Shown: positions 40,183-50,749 of the stretch, one piece after another | Numbering within the stretch: position 1 is the first letter of the stretch | How the letters are laid out: each line of letters opens with the position of its first letter | Assembly: GCF_046119375.1 (NCBI RefSeq) | Contig: NW_027362764.1 | Coordinates: 437,720,001 to 437,784,000 of the forward strand | DNA from: Phyllobates terribilis | Lineage: Eukaryota | Direction of reading: 5' to 3' | Length of the DNA stretch: 64,000 nt | Made by a program: the position numbers and the translations under genes | Notes under the pieces: generated by a model | Database searches by the model: none | Told to the model about the DNA's origin: nothing | Seen by the model: only the letters and a program-made list of their open reading frames with translations

Positions 40183-42850
40183 ATGGGCAAAATGAAGGAG
40201 CTATTAAAGCAGCTCGCTCTCGCCCAGCAGCAGTTGCTGCAGTCTCAGCGGCAACAGCAGGAGCAGCACCTGCAGTCTCAGTGGCAACAGCAGGAGCAGC
40301 ACCTGCAGTCTCAGCGGCAACAGCAGGAGCAGCACCTGAGCCTCCAACGGCAACAGCAGGAACGGGAACAGCAGCACAATCAGCAGCAGCAGCTACTGTA
40401 CCAGCAGCAGCAAAAAACAAATGAACTGATGATGCAACAGATTGCTGCCCTGCGGGAAACGGCCACAGCACCGATTCCGGTATATCGAGAGGCCCGGGAC
40501 AAGGTTCGCTCAGCGTTGAGGAAGATGGGTCCAGAGGACGACATGGAAGCCTTCCTGACCATCTACGAACGCACAGCACAGCAGGAAAACCTACCAGCCA
40601 ACCAGTGGGTGGAAGTGGTAGCTCCGTTTTTGGTTGGCGATATCCAGAAGGCCTGTTTCGACCTCAGTCGGGAGGACGCCCAGGACTACCAGAGGCTCAA
40701 AGGTGAGATCCTTGCCCGGCTGGGGGTCAATACATACGTGAGGGCTCAGCGTGTGTTTTCGTGGGCCTATGTGGAGACCCGACCCGCCCGGTCTCAGGCT
40801 TATGACCTCCTGCAGCTGGTAAAGAGGTGGCTCCAGCCTTAGACTTTGTCTCCAGCCCAGATGGTGGAGAGGGTGGTGGTTGACCGGCTGGTGAGGACTC
40901 TGCCAGCCGCTATCCAACGTTGGGTGGGGCAAGGGGACCCCGGCACACTTGACCAGGTGGTCAGCCTGATCGAGCGCTACTCGGCCACTCAGGACTTTAT
41001 CCGGGACTCTGGCCCCTCGCTGCTGTCACGCCGATCCCTGCCAACCCAGGAGTTTGGAAAGGGGTCACGTCCCTCTGCTGGGGACAGTCAGCACCGTACC
41101 CGTGCTGAAGTGGATCCTCGGAGTGAGAGTGGCAGGAGACCGACCCCCTCCCAAACTGTCATAAGACCACATAGTACCTCCACTCTTAGATGTTGGCAGT
41201 GTCAGCGGCTGGGACATGTGATTGCTAATTGCCCCCTGACTATGGAACCCATGGACTGTGGATATAGCCGCTGGGTCTCAATGTATGCCCAGACCGTCTG
41301 CACGGCGAGCGCTGACTCCCGGGACAGTGAACTCCAATTATGCCAGGTACTGGTTAATGGGTACCCCACGGAGGCCCTCCTGTACTCAGGGAGCCTTGTG
41401 ACTTTGGTACATGGGTCGTTGGTGGCAGGAGACAACCCCGGTGAACGGCCCGTTGGGGTTGTGTGTATCCATGGGGACCTCCGAGAGTACCCAACTGAGG
41501 AGGTAGTCCTGTCCATGCCGTGTGGAGAAATAAAACATGTGGTAGGGGTGGTAAAAACTCTTCCCTATTGGACAGTGTTGGGAAGAGACTTGCCCCTGTT
41601 CTGGACTCTGTGGAAAAACAAAATCCACTCTCCCCCGGTAAAATGTATTACAGGCATTGTACCCGACGAACCGGAGTCAGGGGAACCTGCCGTAGGGGTG
41701 TCCAACCTAGGGACAGAGTGTGACCCCGATAGGTTTCCCTTAGAGGTGCTGGAAGGAGAGGTCGAGGAGATCCCATCGATCCCCGAGCTGGAAGTGTCCC
41801 GGGCCACGTTTGGGACGGCTCAGCTACAGGATCCCACCTTGGCTCAGGCGCGGGAAAGGGTGTTAGAGGTAAATGGCGTAGCTCAACAGCCCGGTGCCGA
41901 TACTGTATTTCCACGCATGGTAATCAACAGTGAGTTGCTCTATAGGATAGATAAGATCAGGGACGAGGTTGTGGATCAGTTAGTGGCACCTCACTTGTAC
42001 TGTCGGGCGATTCTTGAGATAGCACACTCACACCTGCTGGGTGGACAATTAGGGGTAAAAAAGACGCTAGAACGTATCTTGCAGCGGTTCTTTTGGCCTG
42101 GGGTTTACGCGGAGGTCAAAAGGTACTGCGAATCCTGCCCCGAATGTCAGTTGACCACACCCATTGCAAGTTTCCGTAGCCCATTGGTACCCCTGCCGGT
42201 GATAGAGGTACCTTTTGAACGGATTGCAATGGACTTGGTTGGACCCATTGTAAAATCCGCCCGTGGACACCAACATATACTGGTAGTCGTCGACTATGCC
42301 ACTCGGTACCCGGAAGCTATACCACTACGCCACACCTCGGCAAAACTGATTGCACAGAAGCTGTTTGCCATGTTCTGTCGCCTTGGACTACCCATGGAGA
42401 TCCTGACGGATCAGGGGACCCCCTTTATGTCCAAAGTGACAAAGGAACTATGCAAATTGATAAAAATTAAAAAATTGCGCACCTCGGTGTACCACCCTCA
42501 AACCGACGGGCTAGTAGAACTGTTCAATAAAACCCCCAAGTCCATGTTAAAAAAGGTGGTTTCTAAGGATGGAAGGGATTGGGACATGTTGTTACCCTAT
42601 TTGATGTTCGCCGTCCGTGAGGTACCCCAGGCTTCCACAGGGATCTCTCCCTTTGAGTTATTGTACGGCAGACACTCTAGGGGTCTGTTGGACGTAGCCA
42701 AAGAGACATGGGAACAAGAGCCAACTCCGCATAGGAGTATAATTGAACACGTGGCTAGTATGCAGGACCGGGTCGCTACGGTCATGCCCATCGTGAAAGA
42801 GCATCTGTTAGATGCCCAGGCAGCTCAGAGGCGCACATATAATAAAAGAC
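40183..42850 (+). pseudogene. Gypsy (Gmr1-like) gag-pol: SCAN-like Gag, CCHC knuckle, aspartic protease, integrase; truncated by Penelope
   Basis: One reading frame broken by a single TAG (40840-40842). KMGPEDDMEAFL...QW...APFL (SCAN/capsid-like), CWQCQRLGHVIANC, ALLYSGS (catalytic D reads Y), H..H/CESC zinc motif, IAMDLVGP, ILTDQG, YHPQTDGLVE. No RT between protease and integrase. Confidence 0.92.
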
Positions 42851-42851
42851 A

Positions 42852-44019
42852 AAAACTAGAGGAAACTGAGTACATGGCATCAAATAGAAAAAACTTTATT
42901 AAGAATAAAAGAATCACATAAAAAAATACATATCTCAAGTATATGTGAGTTGCAGAACATGTCACGGTAAAGAGACATTTGAAAAAATGGACATAGTCAT
43001 GCTTCAGTCGTGGGGGAAAAAAAGTACCTATACACATAAGTAGTCAGGAGAAGATCCTGATACATACACCAAATGAAAGGGTCATCCCAAAGCACAGGGT
43101 TAGCCAAATCTCCATAAATGATAACACATTGGGGTGGGAGCAGAAAGTGGGTTATTTAAAGAATCAATAGCATTCTGGAAGTACAGTGTATATATATATA
43201 TATATTTAAGATGCTGCAAGCATCAAACATTAGAAAGAATAACCCAGATATGCATTGTTTCAGATATAAGTAACTCAGCCGTATAAATATCAGTTATAAT
43301 GAAAGAAGAGGGGAAGAGAGAGGTAAGGGAGTGGACCAACGGAGCAGGAGCGAGTGGATATGGAGCCCGCAAGCCTCGACGCGCGTTTCGCGTGACATGC
43401 TTTCTCAAGAGGTGTCGCTGGTCCAAATACCGGCACCTTTTTAAATATAGCGCTAAAATGGTCACATGTTCGGTCATGTGACCGGAAGACGATGGCCGCC
43501 GACCGGAAGGCATATCCGGCGCATGCGCGGGGACCACAACGTCCCACCCCCCGCCGCGTCCGTCAAGACAACGGCGACGCCCCGGATGTGCTCATAGAAC
43601 AACACCCGGAGCGTTGCCATAGAGACAGACACGCGGGACCCTAGGAGGGTAAGTAGCCCCGCGCATGCGCACCGCCCACCTTATAAGGCCACATCATACC
43701 AGCAATACATCCAAATCTTAAATAAGCACAGATCTATATCATCATAAATATTAGACATAAGAGTCAATGTGAATATGATAAAAATTCATATTGATGAGAT
43801 GCAGGGATTCACAGGCTTAGGTCACATAGCAGAAAATGGGCAGTCAGTTAAATCCATCAGGGCTGGTCAGTCATTCATCTGTATTTTAATTCACAGGCGC
43901 TTTCAATAAGTGAAGACATCAGAGCCGGGATAGGGACCATAGTTATGAAGACTAAAATCAAAAAAGTGAAAGAAAAAGAAGTAAGAACAATAAAAAGAAA
44001 TTTTAAAAGTGGGCAATCC
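42852..44019 (-). repeat. Inverted pseudo-LTR copy (about 1.17 kb)
   Basis: Near-identical reverse complement of 44470-45640 with scattered substitutions and small indels. Confidence 0.95.
43373..43413 (-). ncRNA. Minimal type I hammerhead ribozyme (C3U/G8A variant), inverted copy
   Basis: Minus strand reads CCTC TTGAGAA AGC ATGTCAC GC GAAA CGCGCG TC GAGG. Confidence 0.65.
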
Positions 44020-44230
44020 CCGGGAGCTGAAGACACTACCCCGGCACTTTAGGGCCGTTCACAACTGTGACCCTCGCTCACTTAAGGTGCGGGGGATTGA
44101 TAAAGTGTGCCTCGGCTCCCGGGGAGGCAATGCCAAACGCCTCCTGGCACAAAAGGAGGCAAAATGGATTATCACTCCAGATACCCTGGCACCGCGGGGT
44201 CTGGACGAAAATCTAGGCTTTTCATCATTT
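44020..44230 (+). pseudogene. Penelope GIY-YIG endonuclease C-terminal fragment
   Basis: RHFRAVHNCDPRSLKVRGIDKV...LLAQKEAKWIITPDTLAPRGLDE matches the conserved PLE C-terminus (E..WI..L.TL.P.GLN). Confidence 0.8.
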
Positions 44231-44469
44231 CTATCATCCATCATCTTGCTGTTCTGTGTCTCAGATGTACTATTAATTATATATATAATTTTTTGATGAT
44301 TCAATTGATATTGGGATCAGTGACACTAATTTAGGGGTGTTTGATATCTTCCCCGTGTAACACTTGACTTAATAGTTTAGTTGTTTTACATTTAGTTTTT
44401 TTTGTTCTCTTGCTCTCTTGTGGTCCCTGTTATCTAATATATACCTACAATGGCAGGGCGTGTTTTTGT

Positions 44470-45640
44470 GGATTGCCCACTTTTAAAATTTCTTTTTATT
44501 GTTCTTACTTCTTTTTCTTTCACTTTTTTGATTTTAGTCTTCATAACTATGGTCCCTATCCCGGCTCTGATGTCTTCACTTATTGAAAGCGCATGTGAAT
44601 TAAAATACAGATGAATGACTGACCAGCCCTGATGGATTTAACTGACTGCCCATTTTCTGCTATGTGACCTAAGCCTGTGAATCCCTGCATCTCATCAATA
44701 TGATTTTTTATCATATTCACATTGACTCTTATGTCTAATATTTATGATGATATAGATCTGTGCTTATTTAAGATTTGGATGTATTGCTGGTATGATGTGG
44801 CCTTATAAGGTGGGCGGTGCGCATGCGCGGGGCTACTTACCCTCCTACGGTCCCGCGTGTCTGTCTCTATGGCGTCGGCGACGCTCCGGGTGTTGTTCTA
44901 TGAGCACATCCGGGGCGTCGCCGTTGTCTTGATGGACGCGGCGGGGGGTGGGACGTTGTGGTGGTCCCCGTGCATGCGCCGGATATGCCTTCCGGTTGGC
45001 GGCCATCTTCTTCCGGTCGCATGACCGAACATGTGACCATTTTAGCGCTATATTTAAAAAGGTGCCGGTATTTGGACCAGCGACGCCTCTTGAGAAAGCA
45101 TATCACGCGAAACGCGCGTCGAGGCTTGCGGGCTCCATATCCACTCGCTCCTGCTCCGTTGGTCCACTCCCTTACCTCTCTCTTCCCCTCTTCTTTCATT
45201 ATAAGTGATATTTATACGGCTGAGTTACTTATATCTGAAACAATGCATATCTGGGTTATTCTTTCTAATGTTTGATGCTTGCAGCATCTTATATATATAT
45301 ATACACTGTACTTCCAGAATGCTATTGATTCTTTAAATAACCCACTTTCTGCTCCCACCCGAATGTCTTATCATTTATGGAGATTTGGCTAACCCTGTGC
45401 TTTGGGAAGACCCTTTCATTTGGTGTATGTATCAGGATCTTCTCCTGACTACTTATGTGTATAGGTACTTTTTTCCCCCGACGACTGAAGCATGACTATG
45501 GCCATTTTATCATATGTCTCTTTACCTTGACATGTTCTGCAACTCAGATATACTTGAGATATGTATTTTTTAATGTGATTCTTTTATTCTTAATAAAGTT
45601 TTTTCTATTTGATGCCATGTACTCAGTTTCCTCTAGTTTT
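44470..45640 (+). repeat. Pseudo-LTR (sense copy)
   Basis: Follows the ORF 3' remnant, precedes the ORF start, and is the inverted partner of 42852-44019. Confidence 0.9.
45085..45125 (+). ncRNA. Minimal type I hammerhead ribozyme (C3U/G8A variant)
   Basis: GCCTC TTGAGAA AGC ATATCAC GC GAAA CGCGCG TC GAGGC: 5-bp stem I, GAAA core, palindromic stem III, GUC cleavage triplet ending at 45120. Confidence 0.7.
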
Positions 45641-45786
45641 GGTATTTACTTTGGAGCAGGCTATTTTCCATGGTCATGGAGTATAAGCTGTTTTTCTCCT
45701 ATATCTCCTATCCATGATGCTCGATGTTGGTCGATATGTATTTAATGATTTATCTCTGTGTTCTCACAGCTTGCTATAGACCGAAA

Positions 45787-46475
45787 ATGCACTTTCGAGC
45801 CCGGGATGATACCTGGCTCGCTCAACTCAATCAGATATCCGGTGACGTTGCGGATCAAGTTGATGGGGATCCTGGGACTCAGCAGGCACTACAGGAGAGC
45901 ATCACTAAATTTAAGTCACTTCTGAGACGCAGAACACGCACCTGGTGGAATAGAGCCTTTCTGATGAAATATATCGAGAAGGCCCTTATCCCTCGTGGTC
46001 TACGGGTGCAGATTTTTCCTTCTTTTCCAGTTGAGAGTGAGGATTTTAAAGATTAATGGGATAGTTTGGCAAACACATGCTCTCGGATTTCTTCATTTAT
46101 TGAAAGAACTAAATGATTCATCGCTTGACACCATTGAAAGGGAAATTGAAGCCATTCAAGTACAGCTCCATAAAGAGTTGGACTCTGGGAAATTGAAACA
46201 AATCAATGATGAGGTGGACCTGGAGTGTCAGAGATGGGTGAAAGAGATCCATACCAATAAGGTAAAAAAGCTAAATTGGGATATAAATGATACACAATCA
46301 AAAAGCTTATATAGATGGCATAATCCCCAGGTTGGATCACAATTCAGATCATCTCACGCCCGTCCCTCGCGCTCCAAGTCCACCTCTGTTGCCTCAACGG
46401 CCTCTACGAGTGAAGTACCGTCTTCTGAGAGTTTGACTGGTCGACAAATGCCTGAGACCCAAGGCACCTCACGAA
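45787..46475 (+). pseudogene. Penelope ORF N-terminal region (stop at 46054, frameshift), cut by a hAT insertion
   Basis: MHFRARDD...RTWWNRAFLMKYIEKALIPRGLRVQIFPSF, resembling the N-termini of vertebrate PLE ORFs. Ends at the hAT TIR. Confidence 0.7.
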
Positions 46476-46980
46476 TAGTGTTGAGCCACCCCCGTAGTGT
46501 TCGAGTTCGGTTCTGTTCGTCGAACACCCGTGTGTTCGCCGAACTGTTCGTCGAACTGTTCGTCGAACACCTTCGAACACCGTTAAAACCAATGGCAGGC
46601 AAACAAAAACACATAGAAACACAAAGAAAACACCTTCAAAGGTGTCCAAAAGCTGACAAACTGCTCAGAAGACACAACTAACACATGGAAAAGTGACAAG
46701 TACATATAGTCATGCAAAAAGAAAAGAGGTGGAGGAGTAAAAGGAGGGGGAGACACAGATATAGGCATGTCATGCCCTTCTAAAATCCAAAAAGTGAGAA
46801 GATGACATGGCCAGTCCGCTCCTGCCCGTGCCACCTCTGTGTCGCCGGGTTTGTGCCAGAGCCACGGTGAACCCTGACGGCCAGCCCCCCTCTCCCAATA
46901 CTGGTGCCTGTCCGCTGGTGGGTCAAGCGAGCCCCCCTGTGGTGGAGGCAGCTCTAAGCTTTTTAATTTAAATTGTCTCT

Positions 46981-47246
46981 CTAATTTGAATGAATTCACT
47001 TTAAATCCATTTACAAGGATCTATTGGAGGGCAAGTCTCATGCCAGCAGCCGCGTAATTCCAGCTCCAGTAGCGTCCACTAAAGCTGCTGCAGTTAAAAA
47101 GCTTTTATAAGGATCGAGCTCGGCTGTCCACCGCAAGGCATCCTACTGCCAGTCCCAGCCCCTATGCCTTGGGGTGCCTCCTGATGCTCTTCACTGAGTA
47201 TCCCGTGGTCCCGAAGCATTTCCTTTGAAAAAATTAAGTGTCCAAA
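46981..47246 (+). pseudogene. 18S rRNA-derived fragment (530-loop region and V4)
   Basis: CACTTTAAATCC..GGATCTATTGGAGGGCAAGTCT..TGCCAGCAGCCGCG-TAATTCCAGCTCCA..GCTGCAGTTAAAAAGCT..GGATCGAGCT..GTCCCAGCCCC..GATGCTCTT..CCGAAGC..CTTTGAAAAAATTA is colinear with vertebrate 18S. Many changes are CpG->TpG/CpA. Confidence 0.93.
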
Positions 47247-47516
47247 CTACAGGTGGTGTAGCTTGCTTAACAGCCGGGATAATCCGCTGACTAGCAGACA
47301 CTGCTACTAGGCACAAAGTATTTCCTGGGCTAGATGCAGTTAAAAATTAGTAATTAGATACTCTAGTTGGATGGTGAGAAAGAATTCCATAGAGTCTCCT
47401 GGCACGCCATATATGACTCTCTTAAAATCTTGGGGTAGGGGTCTAGGGGACCCTTTTATAGCAAAAACCACGGCCCTGTATCGCAATACGTCACCTAGGC
47501 TGAAGATAAATGGAAC

Positions 47517-48668
47517 TGTAGCACCCTGAGGGCTCGGTTGCTACAGAGGTATTGCACCTCACCCAGAGGTGTGATATCTCACTCTCAGGTAAGGATGGAG
47601 TGTGGATCAGGACCCGACACCTGCATGCATTACACCACATTGCCGTGGGGCAGGGCGACCAATATGCCCCTGAGATGGGCACGACAGTCCCTGTCCCTGG
47701 CTGGAGTGGGGGGAGGGAACACTGAGGAAGGGGAACCCTGAAGTGCAGGAGCAGGGAGGAAGCAGTTCCTGGGTGCATTGAGAAGGGAGTATAAAAGGTG
47801 GGCCCCATCTTAGTTCAGTGCAGAGACGTCTGAGCCGAAGTGACAGGGAGCAGGGGCTCTGCATGAGCTCTGCTCCGGAAGCGGGCCTAGTAACAGAGGC
47901 CCAGGCCTGGAAGAGGGAGAAGGAAGGAAGAGGAGCGGAGAAGGCTCCAGGAACGAGGAATGAAGGGATCCCAGGGGTGCGGACGGGTGAGTCGCCACCG
48001 CACGCCCGAATCCACCTGCGTGGAGGGGTCACGCCAAAGGGGGAGACCGGTCCCTGAAACTAGTGGAGGCAGGAAACGACCCTCAGCTATAAACTGGAGG
48101 CTGTGACATTTTATGTGGAGCAGCCCCTCGCTACACCCGCTAGGAAGGCACCACATAGGGTCAGGGAAACTGGCACCAAGTTTACCAAGAGGAGGCCCGA
48201 GGCAGCCGGACAGAAGTGTTGGTAAGAAAGGCCAGACAAAGGACACACAAAGGGGGTCCTGTGAAGCGCTCCAAAGTTATCTGGGAGTTGTCTGAGCCCC
48301 TCACCTGGTGAGCACAGTACGACGTGGGCAGCCGTTACCTGCAGACGTGGTCTGGATAATAAGAACTGTGAGTAAAGGCCCTGGACTGCATCACTGACTC
48401 CGTGTCGTTACTGCTGCTGCCCTGCACCATCACCCCCATTTTCCGCATACACTGCCCTGAGGCTATACTCCTCCCGCGGGGAGTTATGCTACGCTCTGCT
48501 GCACCCACAACACCAGCCTCAGCGGTCTGCCCTGCAGCGGAGGTTCACTCTGACCGCAATCCACGGGTGGCGTAGTCGGACATTTAAACATCAAAACCAC
48601 ATAAATAGTTCTGACACTGGTTTGACCGCACTAAGCCACGGAACCGGGTCGGCGCCACGGAGACTACA
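47517..48668 (+). mobile_element. Probable solo LTR
   Basis: TGTAG...CTACA inverted termini, TATAAAA at about 47790, AATAA at about 48357. No convincing TSD found. Confidence 0.45.
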
Positions 48669-48729
48669 ACCACCAGCATCCACCAAAAAGGGTCCGGCTC
48701 CGGGTGTCCCAAGGCCCAGGGGGTGCATC

Positions 48730-49190
48730 AGAACATTTTCATCACCTTTCACAATCACTAATAGGACAAGGCAGGGATGTCCTCTGTCCCCTCTCTTATA
48801 CATCCTAGTGACGGAGCACCTGCTCTCATCAATTCGCCATAACCCCAATATTAGGTGGATTGAGGTGGGAGGCACCGAGTACAAGTGCTCTCTATTTGCT
48901 GATGATGTTCTAGTATATATCACTCAATCACATATATCCATCCATGCTGTTATGGCTGAAATAGATCACTTTGTTACATGGTCAAATTTTAAAATCAATG
49001 CAGCGAAGTCTGAGGCCCTCGATGTCTCCCTCCCCAAATCCATACAGGATTCCATCCAGTCCAACTTTCCCTTTGCCTGGCCCTCACAGGGTATCAAATA
49101 CTTAGGAATTCCTATTCATAGAGACCTCTCCCATCTATGTTATCTTAATTTTGGGCCCTTTATTGAACAACTCCATACAGACCACAGTTG
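48730..49190 (+). pseudogene. L1-clade LINE reverse transcriptase fragment
   Basis: FTITNRTRQGCPLSPLLY...YKCSLFADDVLVY...FKINAAKSEAL...IKYLGI. Confidence 0.9.
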
Positions 49191-49252
49191 GCAAGTTACA
49201 ACTGTAAGATTCACTACGTGAACCACTGGTGTTTTGTGGAAAAGCACATGTA

Positions 49253-50625
49253 CACTGTGTTCCAAATTATTATGCAAAAGGTGTTTAGGAGTGATAAGGG
49301 AAGAATTTGTTTGTTTGTCAGTTAAACTCATTGATGGTGATGTGTGTCAGGGCTCTTTATATCACTGTAAGCAATTGCAGACACCTGTGCTAATTAGTTT
49401 GGCAGGTGTGTCCAATGAAAGGCAAGACTACTTAAGAAGGCTGTCCCACATTATTAAGCAGCCTACATTTTCTGCCAAAATGGGAAAGAAAAAGGATGTG
49501 TCGGCTGCTGAGAAGAAACAAAATGTGGAGTGTTTAGGTCAAGGCATGACTACAATCAACATAGTGCGATGATCAGGATGAAGTGTCTTGGCAATCAAGA
49601 AGTATGTAGCTGATTCACAGTACACACGTGTGCGTGCTGATAAGGCAAATTGAGGACTCTTTCCTACACGCAATTAAGTCAGGTTAAAAGAGCAGCGGCA
49701 AAAAAGCCTTGTCATAGCAGCAGACAAGTTTTTGAAGCTGCTGGTGCCTCCAACGTCCCCCGAACAACAAGATGCAGGGTCCTTCAGAGGTTTGCAGCTG
49801 TGCATACGCCATCCTGTCGACCTCCTCTATCCACTTCACACAAGCAGAAACGGCTCCAGTGGGCCAAACATTACATGAAGACTGATTTCAAAACTGTTTT
49901 GTTCACGGATGAGTGCCGTGCAACGCTCGATGGTCCAGATGGATGGAGTGGAGGATGGCTGGTTGATGGACACCCCATGCAAACACGGCTACAGCGCCAA
50001 CAAGGAGGAGGTGGAGTAATGTTTTGGGCTGGAATCATGGGGAGAGAGATTGTCGGCCCCTTTAGGATCCCTGAAGGGGTAAAGATGAACTCCATAATGT
50101 ATGTGGAGTTTCTCAAACAGCACTTCCTGCCATGGTTCAAGAAGAAGAACCGTGTATTCCACAGCAAGATCATTTTTATGCATGATAATGCACCATCTCA
50201 TGCTGCACATAAAACATCTGCATCTCTGGCTGATATGGGCATAAAAGGGGACAAACTTATGGTGTGACCCCCATGCTCCCATGCTCCCCTGACCTCTACC
50301 CCATTCAGAACCTCTGGAGCATCATCAAAAGGAGTGTCTATGATGGCGGGAGGCACTTCACATCTAAGCAACAGCTCTGGGAGGGTATTCTGTACTCATG
50401 CAAAACAATTGAAGCAGAAACCATCCAAAACCTGACAAATTCAATGGACGAGAGAGTTCAGAAGCTCCTTTCGAACAAGGGGTCCTATGTGAAAATGTAG
50501 CATCACCTAAAATAAAGTTTTGAGTTGAAAACTGCTTGATTTCAGTTTCCAATAACCTGCTAATGCTTATAATTTCAAAAATGACCATTTTCTGGTCTTT
50601 AATAAAATGAAAAGGTTGATCGAAA
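49253..50625 (+). mobile_element. Tc1-family transposon, right TIR missing; decayed transposase at about 49480-50500
   Basis: TA plus CACTGTGTTCCAAATTATTATGCAAA terminus. VLFTDE, GGGGVMFWAGI, FMHDNAPSH, PDLYPIQNLW (E reads Q). TGA at 50265. Flanked by pieces of hAT C transposase (49190-49250, 50630-50750). Confidence 0.88.
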
Positions 50626-50749
50626 AGTTTGGGGGATCTAAGAGTGTGGCAACCCAGTAGTCAGGATTACTTCGAATTCTGACAATATGAGGATCATGTT
50701 GCAGGTAGTGCAGCAAGAAGGCACTTATGTGTCTTGCGCATCTCGGAGC

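Larger units (their letters stand above)
42852..46475 (+). mobile_element. Penelope-like retroelement: inverted pLTR, 3' ORF remnant, pLTR, ORF 5' part
   Basis: Inverted arms 42852-44019 / 44470-45640, GIY-YIG C-terminal peptide in the spacer, hammerhead motif in each arm, ORF N-terminus downstream. Confidence 0.85.

Noticed and set aside
40840-40845. In-frame TAG between gag and pol as a programmed read-through signal
   Set aside because: It falls inside the SCAN-like domain (WLQP*TLSP, probably GAG->TAG), not at the gag/pol boundary, and the protease catalytic Asp is also mutated. It is simple decay.
43223-45275. Mirror-image ORFs in the Penelope inverted arms (e.g. MKEEGKREVRE...)
   Set aside because: GC-rich pLTR sequence read on both strands. 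They are duplicated only because of the inverted repeat and differ by frameshifting indels between arms.
45995-46681. 228-aa ORF as a single protein
   Set aside because: Chimeric: the Penelope frame reads through the hAT terminus at 46476.
46981-47246. Functional rRNA gene or rDNA unit
   Set aside because: Only about 270 nt, with indels in the universally conserved core and CpG decay, and no flanking 18S, ITS or ETS sequence.
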